From a bacterium (GTDB taxonomy: Archaea > Aenigmatarchaeota > Aenigmatarchaeia > CG10238-14 > SCSR01), in contig DAIDAX010000001.1 in the NCBI GenBank assembly GCA_027310405.1, positions 7,580 through 71,579 on the forward strand: a DNA stretch of 64,000 nt, read 5' to 3'. Position 1 is the first letter of the stretch. Each line of letters opens with the position of its first letter. The translations under genes and the position numbers were made by a program. The notes under the pieces are model-generated. The model was not told the DNA's origin, did no database searches, and was given only the letters and a program-made list of their open reading frames with translations. Below, piece by piece: positions 46,590-55,448 of the stretch.

Positions 46590-48092
46590 TTATTCGTTGT
46601 CTGTAAGTTTCTGTTGTGAAAAAAGTCTTCTCTTCAATTCTTCCGAATCTAAGAAATCAAATTCATAAGTTTTAAGTTTCCTTCTTTCAAAGGCACTGAC
46701 GGCTTCAACTAGATGTGGATGTTCGGTCCGAATTTTTTCAAAAATTGTCGGTGATGTTGCATGTTTTTCAAAGTGTCTTTGAAATGCGTATCTTCTCTGG
46801 CTCAATAGTTCGTGTGCAACAGTTTCCCAGGAAGAATCTTGTTTTATTTTTGCAAAATCATGTGTGCCTTTTTCGAAAACCAATCCGCTTGGACTTTCTT
46901 CCAATAATAATCGTGTTGCACAATGAACCGGTGGAGAGCTTATGTTTGGCGTTGTTGCACATTTTATTTCTTTCTTATAGCCGTAGCTATAATCGACAAG
47001 CGTTCTACGAACCCTGGAAGGACCATTGTAAATATCCAACGAATATGCGGAACGATCCGAAACAATGTTGTAAACAAAATATAATGCATTGAAAATTTGC
47101 AAACGTCTAGCTTCATCGTGTGTTATTCCTGAATTCAAATGAACCAAAAATTGTGGACTATTCCGTCCTGAAAAATTTACTTCAATACTTTCCGAATTTA
47201 CTCCATAATTTTTCAAAGCAGTTGCGTAAACTTCCAAATCTCTAATCATGGAAGACCAGTTTTTCGTTCGATCGACAAATTCTCCAGGATCTAGTTCGAG
47301 AGTTAAAGTGTCAACTTTTCCTGTGCTAATTCTATCGACAGATTTGTGATATTCAACTCCTTTAGTAGTTTGGAAAAATTCCACAATTTTTTCGGGTGTA
47401 GAAAAATCTAATTCTGGACTGCTTCTGTCCCCCGGTTTAGTGTATCTTCTACCAATTGCATCACCCTCTAAGCGAATACATTTAACAAAAGGATGTCTAT
47501 CGACAAGTTGATCTGCAAGAAAAATTGGAAATGGACTATCTGAAGCAAATATTTGTTTTAGAATATATTTTGTCAATGGATCGTAATTATTCACAGGGGT
47601 TCTGAAGGAATTTCTTGGTATTTTTTGTTCGACATCAAGAAGCGCATACAAATTTGGTGTAGTTTGACCAAGAACTTTGACCTTCACTCCGCCGTAGAGT
47701 CTGTTTAAAGAATTGGGATAAAGGAATGACCACATAAGTTCTCGAAGAGCTTGTTTCTTTTCTTCAGAATTTCCATGTATTGTAGCATCTAGTTGATACA
47801 CTCGCATATCTTTGTGTGCCGGCCCACTTTTTGTTTTTATTTCTTTCACCGGGCGTGTGTCAACTTGCAAATGAAAACTCAGTTTACCATAATTTGCTTC
47901 TTGGGGTAGTGCTGCACGCACTCTTGTATCGTAATCACTCATCAACTCTATTGCTCGTGCTCTGTCCTCGTGCAACGAACCAACTGTCACAATTATTCGG
48001 AAATTGTTGTACTCACTCAGTCGATTGCTAAAATTATGTCCTGAAAAATAAGAATCCAAAAATTCTTGCGTGTAATATCTTTTTTTGACCAT
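46590..48092 (-). CDS. divergent LigD-type primase-polymerase (AEP)-like protein
   Basis: DTLTLELDPG (cf. DLDP), FSGRNSPQFLVHL (cf. SGxKGxH), RRTLVDY (cf. RIFVDY); about 200-aa unknown N-terminus. Confidence 0.6.
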   Translation of the reverse strand: MVKKRYYTQEFLDSYFSGHNFSNRLSEYNNFRIIVTVGSLHEDRARAIELMSDYDTRVRAALPQEANYGKLSFHLQVDTRPVKEIKTKSGPAHKDMRVYQLDATIHGNSEEKKQALRELMWSFLYPNSLNRLYGGVKVKVLGQTTPNLYALLDVEQKIPRNSFRTPVNNYDPLTKYILKQIFASDSPFPIFLADQLVDRHPFVKCIRLEGDAIGRRYTKPGDRSSPELDFSTPEKIVEFFQTTKGVEYHKSVDRISTGKVDTLTLELDPGEFVDRTKNWSSMIRDLEVYATALKNYGVNSESIEVNFSGRNSPQFLVHLNSGITHDEARRLQIFNALYFVYNIVSDRSAYSLDIYNGPSRVRRTLVDYSYGYKKEIKCATTPNISSPPVHCATRLLLEESPSGLVFEKGTHDFAKIKQDSSWETVAHELLSQRRYAFQRHFEKHATSPTIFEKIRTEHPHLVEAVSAFERRKLKTYEFDFLDSEELKRRLFSQQKLTDNE

Positions 48093-48117
48093 GCTCTTAG
48101 AATCTGAATGAAACTAT

Positions 48118-48960
48118 TTACACTTTTACTTTCGACAAAATTTCTTTCACTGCGCGAGCTGCAAGAAATTCCGTGACTTTATTTCCTGCAATCGGACTCA
48201 AGCAACACAAATCAAGACCAACAAGCTGTCCGTTCAAGTCTCCAATCACTTGCTGAAACTGGTCGAAAAATATTCCATTCGGTTCTGGAAAATGAACTGC
48301 AGGAGCGATTGAAGGGTCGAAAACATCAATGTCTAGAGAAATGTACACGTTGCTTCCCTGTGTAAAGTTCCACAAAACGCTCCTCACAACTTCTGGTCTT
48401 TTTTTCAAATCCGTGGAAGTTATGTAGCCGATTTTATTTTTGTTCATGAAATCCATTTCAGCTTCGTTGAAAGATCGAAACCCGATAGCTAAAACTTTTC
48501 CTCCACCTTTCTCTTTCACATAATTGTACAGCCAGTTCGAGTCGTTCAGATTCTCTGATAATTTTTGTCCTTCTCGAAAATCTTGATCTTCTATTCTTTC
48601 ATCAATATAGCCAAGATTGCAGTCGGCATGCGCATCGAAAACAACCAGCTTGATGTCATTGAGTTCTTTCAATGCATAGAGGGTTGCGAGATGTCCGTAA
48701 GAAAGCATGAACGAAACTTTATGCGATTCAATTATCGACTTGACTTTTTTTCCGATAGTTTCCACTGGCTCACTTAACATTCCAAAATCGTGAACTTTGA
48801 TATTCTGGAATAAATTTTTCTTTTTGTCTGGATCGAAAGTTTCAACAGCCCACCATACGTCAGAAAACGAATCTTGCATTTCGGAGGCACGCTTACCGAT
48901 TGGTGCAGTAAAAGAAATTACGTTGGCTTCGTTTTCGGGATATTCGGTTAGCGACTTCAC
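48118..48960 (-). CDS. arginase/agmatinase (ureohydrolase) family protein
   Basis: FDAHAD, SLDIDVFDPSIAPAV..PEPNG. Confidence 0.88.
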   Translation of the reverse strand: MKSLTEYPENEANVISFTAPIGKRASEMQDSFSDVWWAVETFDPDKKKNLFQNIKVHDFGMLSEPVETIGKKVKSIIESHKVSFMLSYGHLATLYALKELNDIKLVVFDAHADCNLGYIDERIEDQDFREGQKLSENLNDSNWLYNYVKEKGGGKVLAIGFRSFNEAEMDFMNKNKIGYITSTDLKKRPEVVRSVLWNFTQGSNVYISLDIDVFDPSIAPAVHFPEPNGIFFDQFQQVIGDLNGQLVGLDLCCLSPIAGNKVTEFLAARAVKEILSKVKV

Positions 48961-48983
48961 AAAACACTATTCGAATTTTACAC

Positions 48984-49262
48984 TTATACGATTGATTGTG
49001 CAGCGGAATTCAGTTGGTTCTCAATTTTTTCAAATGCATCTAGAAAATTTCTGCCTTTTTTCGTTGTCACATAGACTTTTGGATTGCGTTCGTTCTCCAG
49101 AATTTTTTCTTCAAGCAAACCCATCTCAACAAGAAGTTTCAAGTATTCAACAAGTTGTTCATAGCTCAGATTTGCTTTGTACATTATCCGCGTTTTTTTC
49201 TCGCCCTTGTTTGCGATATTTAAAATATCTGCCACAATTGTTGAGCGATCTCTGTTCTTCAT
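48984..49262 (-). CDS. winged-helix transcriptional regulator (HTH_45-like)
   Basis: RDRSTIVADIL...KTRIMYKANLS...YVTTKKG. Confidence 0.9.
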   Translation of the reverse strand: MKNRDRSTIVADILNIANKGEKKTRIMYKANLSYEQLVEYLKLLVEMGLLEEKILENERNPKVYVTTKKGRNFLDAFEKIENQLNSAAQSIV

Positions 49263-49308
49263 AATTTCACTAAGTATAGAGGACTTGGTAAAGTATTTAA
49301 AAGTTTTC

Positions 49309-49587
49309 TCAAGAGTGTTTGTCGGCAGCATATTGTTGAAGATAATTGCGGTAAATTCTATTGAATTCTTCATTAGGTTTCAAGCCATTTCTTAGTTTTT
49401 CGTAAAATACGTCTGTTACTGTCTTCTTCTTGTGGAAGATAAAACTGAAAAATGTTCCCTCAATTGCGAAACTACTTCTAGCAACGTATACCGGTGGTTT
49501 GTAACCGCATTCATGAACACAACGAATAAACAATTTCGATTTTTCGTCTACTACATCTCCAAGTTGTAAAAGCTTATGCGTTGTCAT
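49309..49587 (-). CDS. hypothetical protein
   Basis: 92-aa ORF from ATG 49587. Confidence 0.5.
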   Translation of the reverse strand: MTTHKLLQLGDVVDEKSKLFIRCVHECGYKPPVYVARSSFAIEGTFFSFIFHKKKTVTDVFYEKLRNGLKPNEEFNRIYRNYLQQYAADKHS

Positions 49588-49624
49588 CCATCTGCCTTTT
49601 GTACATAAAAATACAAATAGTATT

Positions 49625-49882
49625 GTGGAAAAATACAGCCCGGAGGAAGTCAAAGAACTGTTAACAATGTTGAATTCCATAAACTCACGAGTAAAGAAAA
49701 ATAAAAACGCAGAGCCAACTAAACTTGAAAAACAAATCCATTATTTGGAACAACGTTTGCATTTTTTCAACCCTTCGAAAGAAACTCTGAAGTATCTTAT
49801 TCAATTGGCGGAGAATTCAAAAGTTGAACTCGATCCTATACTGTTGCAAAAATTGAAAACTGAATTTGCTAATAAAGTTTGA
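49625..49882 (+). CDS. hypothetical protein
   Basis: 85-aa helical ORF. Confidence 0.5.
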   Translation: MEKYSPEEVKELLTMLNSINSRVKKNKNAEPTKLEKQIHYLEQRLHFFNPSKETLKYLIQLAENSKVELDPILLQKLKTEFANKV

Positions 49883-50228
49883 TTTTCAGTTTTTTAATCT
49901 CGGATAATTTTTTGAATCTTTTGGCGTGTGGAATTTCAAGAATATATTTTTCATTAAACTTCATCAAAGTCAGTTTTTCATTTTTGATATTTTCCAATTT
50001 TCTAATCAGTTTGAAATTTTTGTCGAATGTTAGGATATCTAAAATCGGCAAATGTCTTGTCCCTCTAGATTCTGTAGTAATAATTGCTGGTCTAAGCAGA
50101 AAATGAAATTCCATCAGTAGCGGTTTCGTCGAATCTTTGAACATTCCGTCTAACAATTCGAAGAAATTTTTTGTGTAGTTGCATCGAATCCAATTTTTTC
50201 CGGGAGTTTTTATTTTTATCTGGCGCAT
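49869..50228 (-). CDS. divergent DUF192-like protein
   Basis: NFFE..DGMF, LDILTFDKNFK, KYILEIP resemble DUF192. Confidence 0.5.
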   Translation of the reverse strand: MRQIKIKTPGKNWIRCNYTKNFFELLDGMFKDSTKPLLMEFHFLLRPAIITTESRGTRHLPILDILTFDKNFKLIRKLENIKNEKLTLMKFNEKYILEIPHAKRFKKLSEIKKLKIKLY

Positions 50229-50273
50229 TGGCAGTCGACAATATACTTATGGTACTCTACACAATTTTTATTT

Positions 50274-50993
50274 ATGCAGTTGCAGAGATCCACTGAAAAA
50301 CATTTCAGAGGGGCAAACTTACGTGATGTAATTTTGGGAAGTCAAGATGGTTTGGTAAATGTTCTCGGTCTGGTTCTTGGTGTTGCAACTGCAACGAATA
50401 ACGCTTTAGTTATTATTGTAGCCGCTCTGGCTGCGACGTTCGCTGAAACAATCTCGATGGCTGCTGTTGCTTATACATCTACAAAGGCTGAAAAAGATTT
50501 TTACTTGTCTGAACAACATCGTGAGAATACAGAAATCGATACTGTACCAGAGACAGAAAGAAAAGAAATTCGGGAAATTTATTACAGAAAGGGATTCAGA
50601 GGAAAAATATTGAAAGAAATCGTTAACAAAATAACTTCAAACAGAAAAATCTGGTTACAGACGATGATGCTCGAGGAGTTACAACTGCCGTTGAAAGATC
50701 ATCTAAATCCTCTGTCAAGCTTTTCAATTGTTTTTATTGCAACGTTAGTCGGATCGTTGATTCCACTGTCTCCATTTTTATTTTTGCCAGTGCGAGATGC
50801 TGTAATTGCGACTGTGTTGGTTTCGTGCATGATACTTTTTGCACTTGGTGTGTTGAAAGCGAAAATGACTGTGGGAAGTATGTGGAGAAGTGGATTAGAA
50901 TCTTTAATGATAGGAATTGCTGCGGCTGTACTTGGTTACTTGGTGGGTTACAGTTTGGGTAGAATCTTCGGAATGTCTGTGACAACATTATGA
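50274..50993 (+). CDS. VIT1/CCC1 family Fe/Mn transporter
   Basis: LRDVILGSQDGLV, ISMAAVAY, PETERKEI. Confidence 0.93.
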   Translation: MQLQRSTEKHFRGANLRDVILGSQDGLVNVLGLVLGVATATNNALVIIVAALAATFAETISMAAVAYTSTKAEKDFYLSEQHRENTEIDTVPETERKEIREIYYRKGFRGKILKEIVNKITSNRKIWLQTMMLEELQLPLKDHLNPLSSFSIVFIATLVGSLIPLSPFLFLPVRDAVIATVLVSCMILFALGVLKAKMTVGSMWRSGLESLMIGIAAAVLGYLVGYSLGRIFGMSVTTL

Positions 50994-51508
50994 AACAATT
51001 GACGATTTTTACGATTGGTCATTCGAATCAACCATTTTCACGTTTCTTGAAATCTCTCGAGAATAATGGAGTCAAACAGTTGATTGATGTCAGAACGATA
51101 CCAAAATCCAGAGCAGTTCCTTGGGCAAACTATTCGCGGCTATCAAAAAATCTAACGAAATACAAAATAATTTACAAACACTTGAAAGAACTCGGAGGTC
51201 TCCGACATTCGAAAAAAGATTCAAAAAATATTGTTTGGAGAAATGCAAGTTTTCGTGGATATGCAGATTACATGGAAACTTCAGAATTCGAAAAATCTTT
51301 GAAAAAATTAATTAAACTTTCAAAAAAGAAACCGACTGCAATAATGTGTGGAGAAGCTGTACCATGGAGATGCCATAGAAGTATGATAGCTGATGCGTTG
51401 ACTGCAAAAAAAATAAAAGTTGTTCACATAATGTCGCCGACAAACAGTCACAAACATAAACTCATTTCGTTCGCTCACGTCAGAAATGGAAAAGTTATTT
51501 ATCGCTAA
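50990..51508 (+). CDS. DUF488 family protein
   Basis: FTIGHSN, LIDVRTIP.SR, LGG.R, MCGEAVPWRCHR. Confidence 0.93.
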   Translation: MKQLTIFTIGHSNQPFSRFLKSLENNGVKQLIDVRTIPKSRAVPWANYSRLSKNLTKYKIIYKHLKELGGLRHSKKDSKNIVWRNASFRGYADYMETSEFEKSLKKLIKLSKKKPTAIMCGEAVPWRCHRSMIADALTAKKIKVVHIMSPTNSHKHKLISFAHVRNGKVIYR

Positions 51509-51543
51509 AACTTTTTTATAAACATCTAAAGAATAATTGTATA

Positions 51544-52587
51544 ATGTTACCGATGAAAAATGGAAGTTCGTTGTTCAGTTGGATTTTTGCATTACTCATA
51601 ATTGTTGTCATCATAACTTTTGTAAACAATCAGGGATTATTGCCGAAAATTATTTCTGAAGTTTCAAATTTAATTTCAATTTTTAGCGGAGGTCTTCAGT
51701 TAACTTCGCAAAATAATAATCTTACTTCCACAACAACTGGACAGACTACAAATATTTCAGTTGCTAACAGTCAACTTGTAAACTATGCGCTGCAGTTAAT
51801 CAATCAGGATCGACAACAAAACGGACTCTCTCCAGTTTCGTTAAGTTACAATGGTGCGGCACAAGCTCAGGCAGAAGACATTTTATCTACAGGTCAACTT
51901 TCACACTGGATGACAAACGGAGACAAACCGTACATGTCATACACGCTTTACGGAGGTTTGGGATTTGTACAACAAAATGCAGCCGACAACGGTTATACTA
52001 ATGTCAGTCAATGCAGCCAACTGTTTGTTTCCTGTCCGCCGATAGATCCGATGTCGTCAATAAGATCTGACGAATATGACATGATGTATAATGATGCGAC
52101 ATCAGACTGGGGACACAGAGACAACATACTCGATCCGTATCACACGAATGTCAGCATTGGAATCGCTTACAATCAATATTTTTTCGTGATGATTCAAAAT
52201 TTTGAAAACGATTACATACAGTTCAACAAACCAATTACAACCGACAATAGACACGTCGAACTTTCTGGAACTTTACCGTCTGGTTATGTGAATGAAATTC
52301 TAATTTACTACGACCTAACTCCAACTCCGCAAGTCTACCAACAGTACAAGAACGCAACGTCGTACAGCTTCGGCACTCTTGTTGGTGGTGTTGCACCTCC
52401 GGGATACAGGTTCACAAACATTACAACGATTTCTCCTCAGGTGTGGGATGGAAGCAGTCCATCAATTGACATAACTTTCGACATGAGTCAAATTGAAAAT
52501 GTTCCAGGAGTGTACACACTCGTAACTTGGGTGAAAGACGGCACGTCATCTTACACTGTGACATCTTACTCTGTCTTCTTTCAGTAA
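51544..52587 (+). CDS. exported CAP/SCP-domain protein
   Basis: LINQDRQQNGL.PV, LSHW, WGHRDNIL; N-terminal TM segment. Confidence 0.88.
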   Translation: MLPMKNGSSLFSWIFALLIIVVIITFVNNQGLLPKIISEVSNLISIFSGGLQLTSQNNNLTSTTTGQTTNISVANSQLVNYALQLINQDRQQNGLSPVSLSYNGAAQAQAEDILSTGQLSHWMTNGDKPYMSYTLYGGLGFVQQNAADNGYTNVSQCSQLFVSCPPIDPMSSIRSDEYDMMYNDATSDWGHRDNILDPYHTNVSIGIAYNQYFFVMIQNFENDYIQFNKPITTDNRHVELSGTLPSGYVNEILIYYDLTPTPQVYQQYKNATSYSFGTLVGGVAPPGYRFTNITTISPQVWDGSSPSIDITFDMSQIENVPGVYTLVTWVKDGTSSYTVTSYSVFFQ

Positions 52588-52620
52588 AATTTAAAAAAGA
52601 CTGGAGTTGATTAATTTAGA

Positions 52621-53238
52621 ATGCCTGAGAAAGATTGGACGAAACTTGCGGACGAAAAAACTATTGAGAAAACATCTGACTCTCTGAGAAAAAATGGAAT
52701 AGAAGTTTTTGTCGCTGATAACGGAGAAGAAGCGAGGAAAAAAGTTTTGGAATTATTGCCAGAAGGTGCTGAAGTTATGAACATGTCTTCTACAACTATC
52801 GATGTGATCGGCGTTTCAAAAGAAATTAACGAATCTGGAAAATACAATTCTGTAAGAAATAAATTAAATTCAATGGACAGAAAAACTCAGAACAGCGAAA
52901 TGCAAAAACTTGGAGCAGCACCAACATGGACAGTTGGAAGTGTGCATGCAGTTACTGAAGATGGAAAACTTTTGATTGCGTCAAAAACAGGAAGTCAATT
53001 GCCTGCGCAAGCTTATGGTTCGGAGAAAGTTATCTGGGTTGTTGGCACACAAAAAATTGTAAAAAATTTAGAAGAAGCGGTTAAACGAATCTACGAGTAT
53101 AGTTTGAAACTGGAAGATGCAAGAGCAAGAAAAGCTTATGGTGTTGGTAGTGAAGTGAATAAAATTTTGATTATTAACAAAGAATTCAAACCAGAAAGAG
53201 CAACTTTAATTTTCGTGAAAGAAAATCTAGGATTCTAA
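52621..53238 (+). CDS. LUD (lactate utilization) domain protein
   Basis: SVHAVTEDG....ASKTGSQ, VVGTQKIV, ENLGF. Confidence 0.88.
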   Translation: MPEKDWTKLADEKTIEKTSDSLRKNGIEVFVADNGEEARKKVLELLPEGAEVMNMSSTTIDVIGVSKEINESGKYNSVRNKLNSMDRKTQNSEMQKLGAAPTWTVGSVHAVTEDGKLLIASKTGSQLPAQAYGSEKVIWVVGTQKIVKNLEEAVKRIYEYSLKLEDARARKAYGVGSEVNKILIINKEFKPERATLIFVKENLGF

Positions 53239-53319
53239 ATTCAAAAACAGAAGAAGAACTCTACGATCCTTCATTCAATTAAATTTATTTTTACTTCAAA
53301 TAAGATTTTTTTGTACGCT

Positions 53320-53493
53320 TCACATTTCGAGTGCTAGCCAGATCAAGTCGGCAACGAGTATAATTATTCCGAGCTCGACCGGCAGGTTAAGTGAGTAACC
53401 ACTGTATGCAAGCGACATCCAGTAAAGGTCTGCAAGCAGTATGATTACTCCCATCAGAATGGAAAGTGTACGATTGTATTTTCCTGCGATCAT
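53320..53493 (-). CDS. small two-TM membrane protein (57 aa) with internal repeat
   Basis: Translated by hand: MIAGKYNRTLSILMGVIILLADLYWMSLAYSGYSLNLPVELGIIILVADLIWLALEM; TTTAAA box upstream. Confidence 0.7.
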   Translation of the reverse strand: MIAGKYNRTLSILMGVIILLADLYWMSLAYSGYSLNLPVELGIIILVADLIWLALEM

Positions 53494-53545
53494 GTTATCT
53501 TGAGTATCTTTGTGAAACGTTGTTTAAATATATTTTTGGAAGGAA

Positions 53546-53705
53546 TGCTCCCAACGGGATTTGGACCCGTGTTTACTGCCAGTTTCACTGGTTACAGCCT
53601 AACCTCGTCCAATCATCTTGTATCAAACCTTTCTGAGATTTGACTCGAAAGGGCTTTAGACGAGCTTTTGGCTCTGTGTCCTTGACCGGGCTAGACGATG
53701 GGAGC
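53546..53705 (-). tRNA. tRNA-Glu(TTC) with three BHB introns (27/28, 37/38, 45/46)
   Basis: Removing 53656-53675, 53601-53645 and 53573-53592 gives a complete cloverleaf with CAGCC-CT-TTC-GA-GGCTG; each intron forms a bulge-helix-bulge-like motif. Confidence 0.88.
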
Positions 53706-53761
53706 ATTAAATGAAATTTACTTCCTAAACATTTATTTAATTCTATATTTTCTTAACATTT

Positions 53762-54433
53762 ATGAAAATCAAGCCTTCTGTTGAATTAGCATATTGGACT
53801 GGTGTTGTTCAATCTGATGGTTCTTTCCAGAAATATTTTAATAAAAGAAAGAAGAAAATTTCAGTAAATGTTTACTTAACTGTTTCTAAAAAATCATTGT
53901 TAATGTTAAAAAAATTTCAGAAAATTTCTAAAACAGTTTTTAGTAGAAAGTCAAAAATTTTCAAATTACATAAACGAAATTCTTATGAACTTCATATTGG
54001 GGTAAAGAATTTTTTGAAAGATTTTGAAAAACTGAATATTATTTTTGGAGATCCACCGTTCCCACCAAAATGGACTTTGAAAAATAAAAAATTTTTTGGA
54101 GCTTATTTAGCTGGGCTTATTGATGGAGATGGTGACGTGAGAATTAAACGAAAAAAATATCCAGTATGTGTTATCAGAATAACTAGCGGTTCTTTACAAG
54201 CTAAACTGGCAAAAGCGATAATTCATGCTTTGAGGTGTGCAGTTTCTGTGACTCCGAAATATAGAGAAGTAAAATTCAAAAATTATTTAATTAAAGGTCA
54301 TTTTTCTCAATTAGAATTTTTGATTTCAAAGAAAAATTCAGTATTTATAAAAAATTACATACTTCCTCAAATCCAGATTAAGCACAAATCCAATTTACTT
54401 CGCGGTTTCCTAGAAAAGAAACTTAAACTTTGA
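53762..54433 (+). mobile_element. free-standing two-motif LAGLIDADG homing endonuclease-like gene
   Basis: AYWTGVVQSDG and AYLAGLIDGDG motifs; very basic; AT-richer than neighbours. Confidence 0.85.
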
Positions 54434-55022
54434 ATTCTGTTTTTGGTTTTCCTGGAACTTCGTGATGTTTCACGCAACGAGCTTCGTATCGATCCTTTCC
54501 ACCGACAATAATCTCCGGTTCGCTGTAGTGTGCTGGTTTTCCATTCGATCCAATTCTTTGTGTGCGCGTTGCTTCATACTGCTTGCAGACGGAACAGACT
54601 GCTTTTGTCGAAATTGTTTTTGTAGCATACGGCATCAACTCTTGAATTATTTGCCAAGGCTCGCCGCGGAAGTTCAAGTTCAATCCACTTGCGTAAATTT
54701 CCACTCCGTTGTCTAGCAAAAACAAAACAGCATTTTTTAATTTTTCTGGAAAAAATTGAATCTCGTCGATACCGATCGCTTCATATTTCTCGTTCAAAGT
54801 TTTTTCGACAATCTGTTTCACACCGTTTTCGTTAAGCTCGACTGGTATCGCCTGCTCTTTCACTCCGTCGTGAGTCACAACTTCTCCTGCAGAATATCTT
54901 GTGTCGATTATTGGTTTGAACAGTGCAACTTTTTTTCCCGAATGTTTCAGAATTCTCAGCTGTCTAAGCAGTTCGTCCGTTTTTCCGGAAAACATTGGTC
55001 CGTGTACAAGTATGAAATTCAC
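54423..55022 (-). CDS. tdk: thymidine kinase
   Basis: GPMFSGKT, KP.IDTRY, IDEIQF, CSVC...YEARC. Confidence 0.96.
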   Translation of the reverse strand: MNFILVHGPMFSGKTDELLRQLRILKHSGKKVALFKPIIDTRYSAGEVVTHDGVKEQAIPVELNENGVKQIVEKTLNEKYEAIGIDEIQFFPEKLKNAVLFLLDNGVEIYASGLNLNFRGEPWQIIQELMPYATKTISTKAVCSVCKQYEATRTQRIGSNGKPAHYSEPEIIVGGKDRYEARCVKHHEVPGKPKTEFKV

Positions 55023-55056
55023 GAATTACAATTGAGTGTCGAGATTTAAATTCCTG

Positions 55057-55131
55057 TGGGCCAGCGCGGATTTGAACCGCGGACCTACCGGTTATCAGCC
55101 GGTTGCTCCAACCAGGCTAAGCTACTGGCCC
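55057..55131 (-). tRNA. tRNA-Ile(GAT)
   Basis: GGGCCAG/CTGGCCC acceptor; ACCGG-CT-GAT-AA-CCGGT. Confidence 0.95.
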
Positions 55132-55175
55132 TTACTGTAAATGTTAATTTCTATTTCTTTATAGATTTATTGAAT

Positions 55176-55373
55176 ATGTCCGCTGAAATTATCAGCATGA
55201 TTAAAGAGTACAAATTTGGTGACGAAGAAAAAATTGAAAGCGAACTGAAAAGGCTTAATTTAGACAGCGTAGAGGAAATTTATCTTTATTGTGAAAGAAA
55301 TGGTGTGCCAGATATTATTTCAATGATTGTCACAATGAATTATTACCAAAAATTGGATCAAAGCCTACATTAA
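55176..55373 (+). CDS. small hypothetical protein between two tRNAs
   Basis: 65-aa ORF ending 1 nt before tRNA-Ala. Confidence 0.5.
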   Translation: MSAEIISMIKEYKFGDEEKIESELKRLNLDSVEEIYLYCERNGVPDIISMIVTMNYYQKLDQSLH

Positions 55374-55374
55374 T

Positions 55375-55446
55375 GGGCCGGTAGATCAACGGTAGATCGC
55401 ATGCTCCGCAAGCATGAGGTTCCGGGTTCGAATCCCGGCCGGTCCA
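55375..55446 (+). tRNA. tRNA-Ala(CGC)
   Basis: G3:U70 in GGGCCGG/CCGGTCC; CATGC-TC-CGC-AA-GCATG (C33); TTCGAAT. Confidence 0.92.
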
Positions 55447-55448
55447 AT

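Noticed and set aside
55056-55175. ORF-track proteins overlapping tRNAs (55056 N-terminus, 28280-28486, 21055-21273)
   Set aside because: They are antisense readings of tRNA genes.
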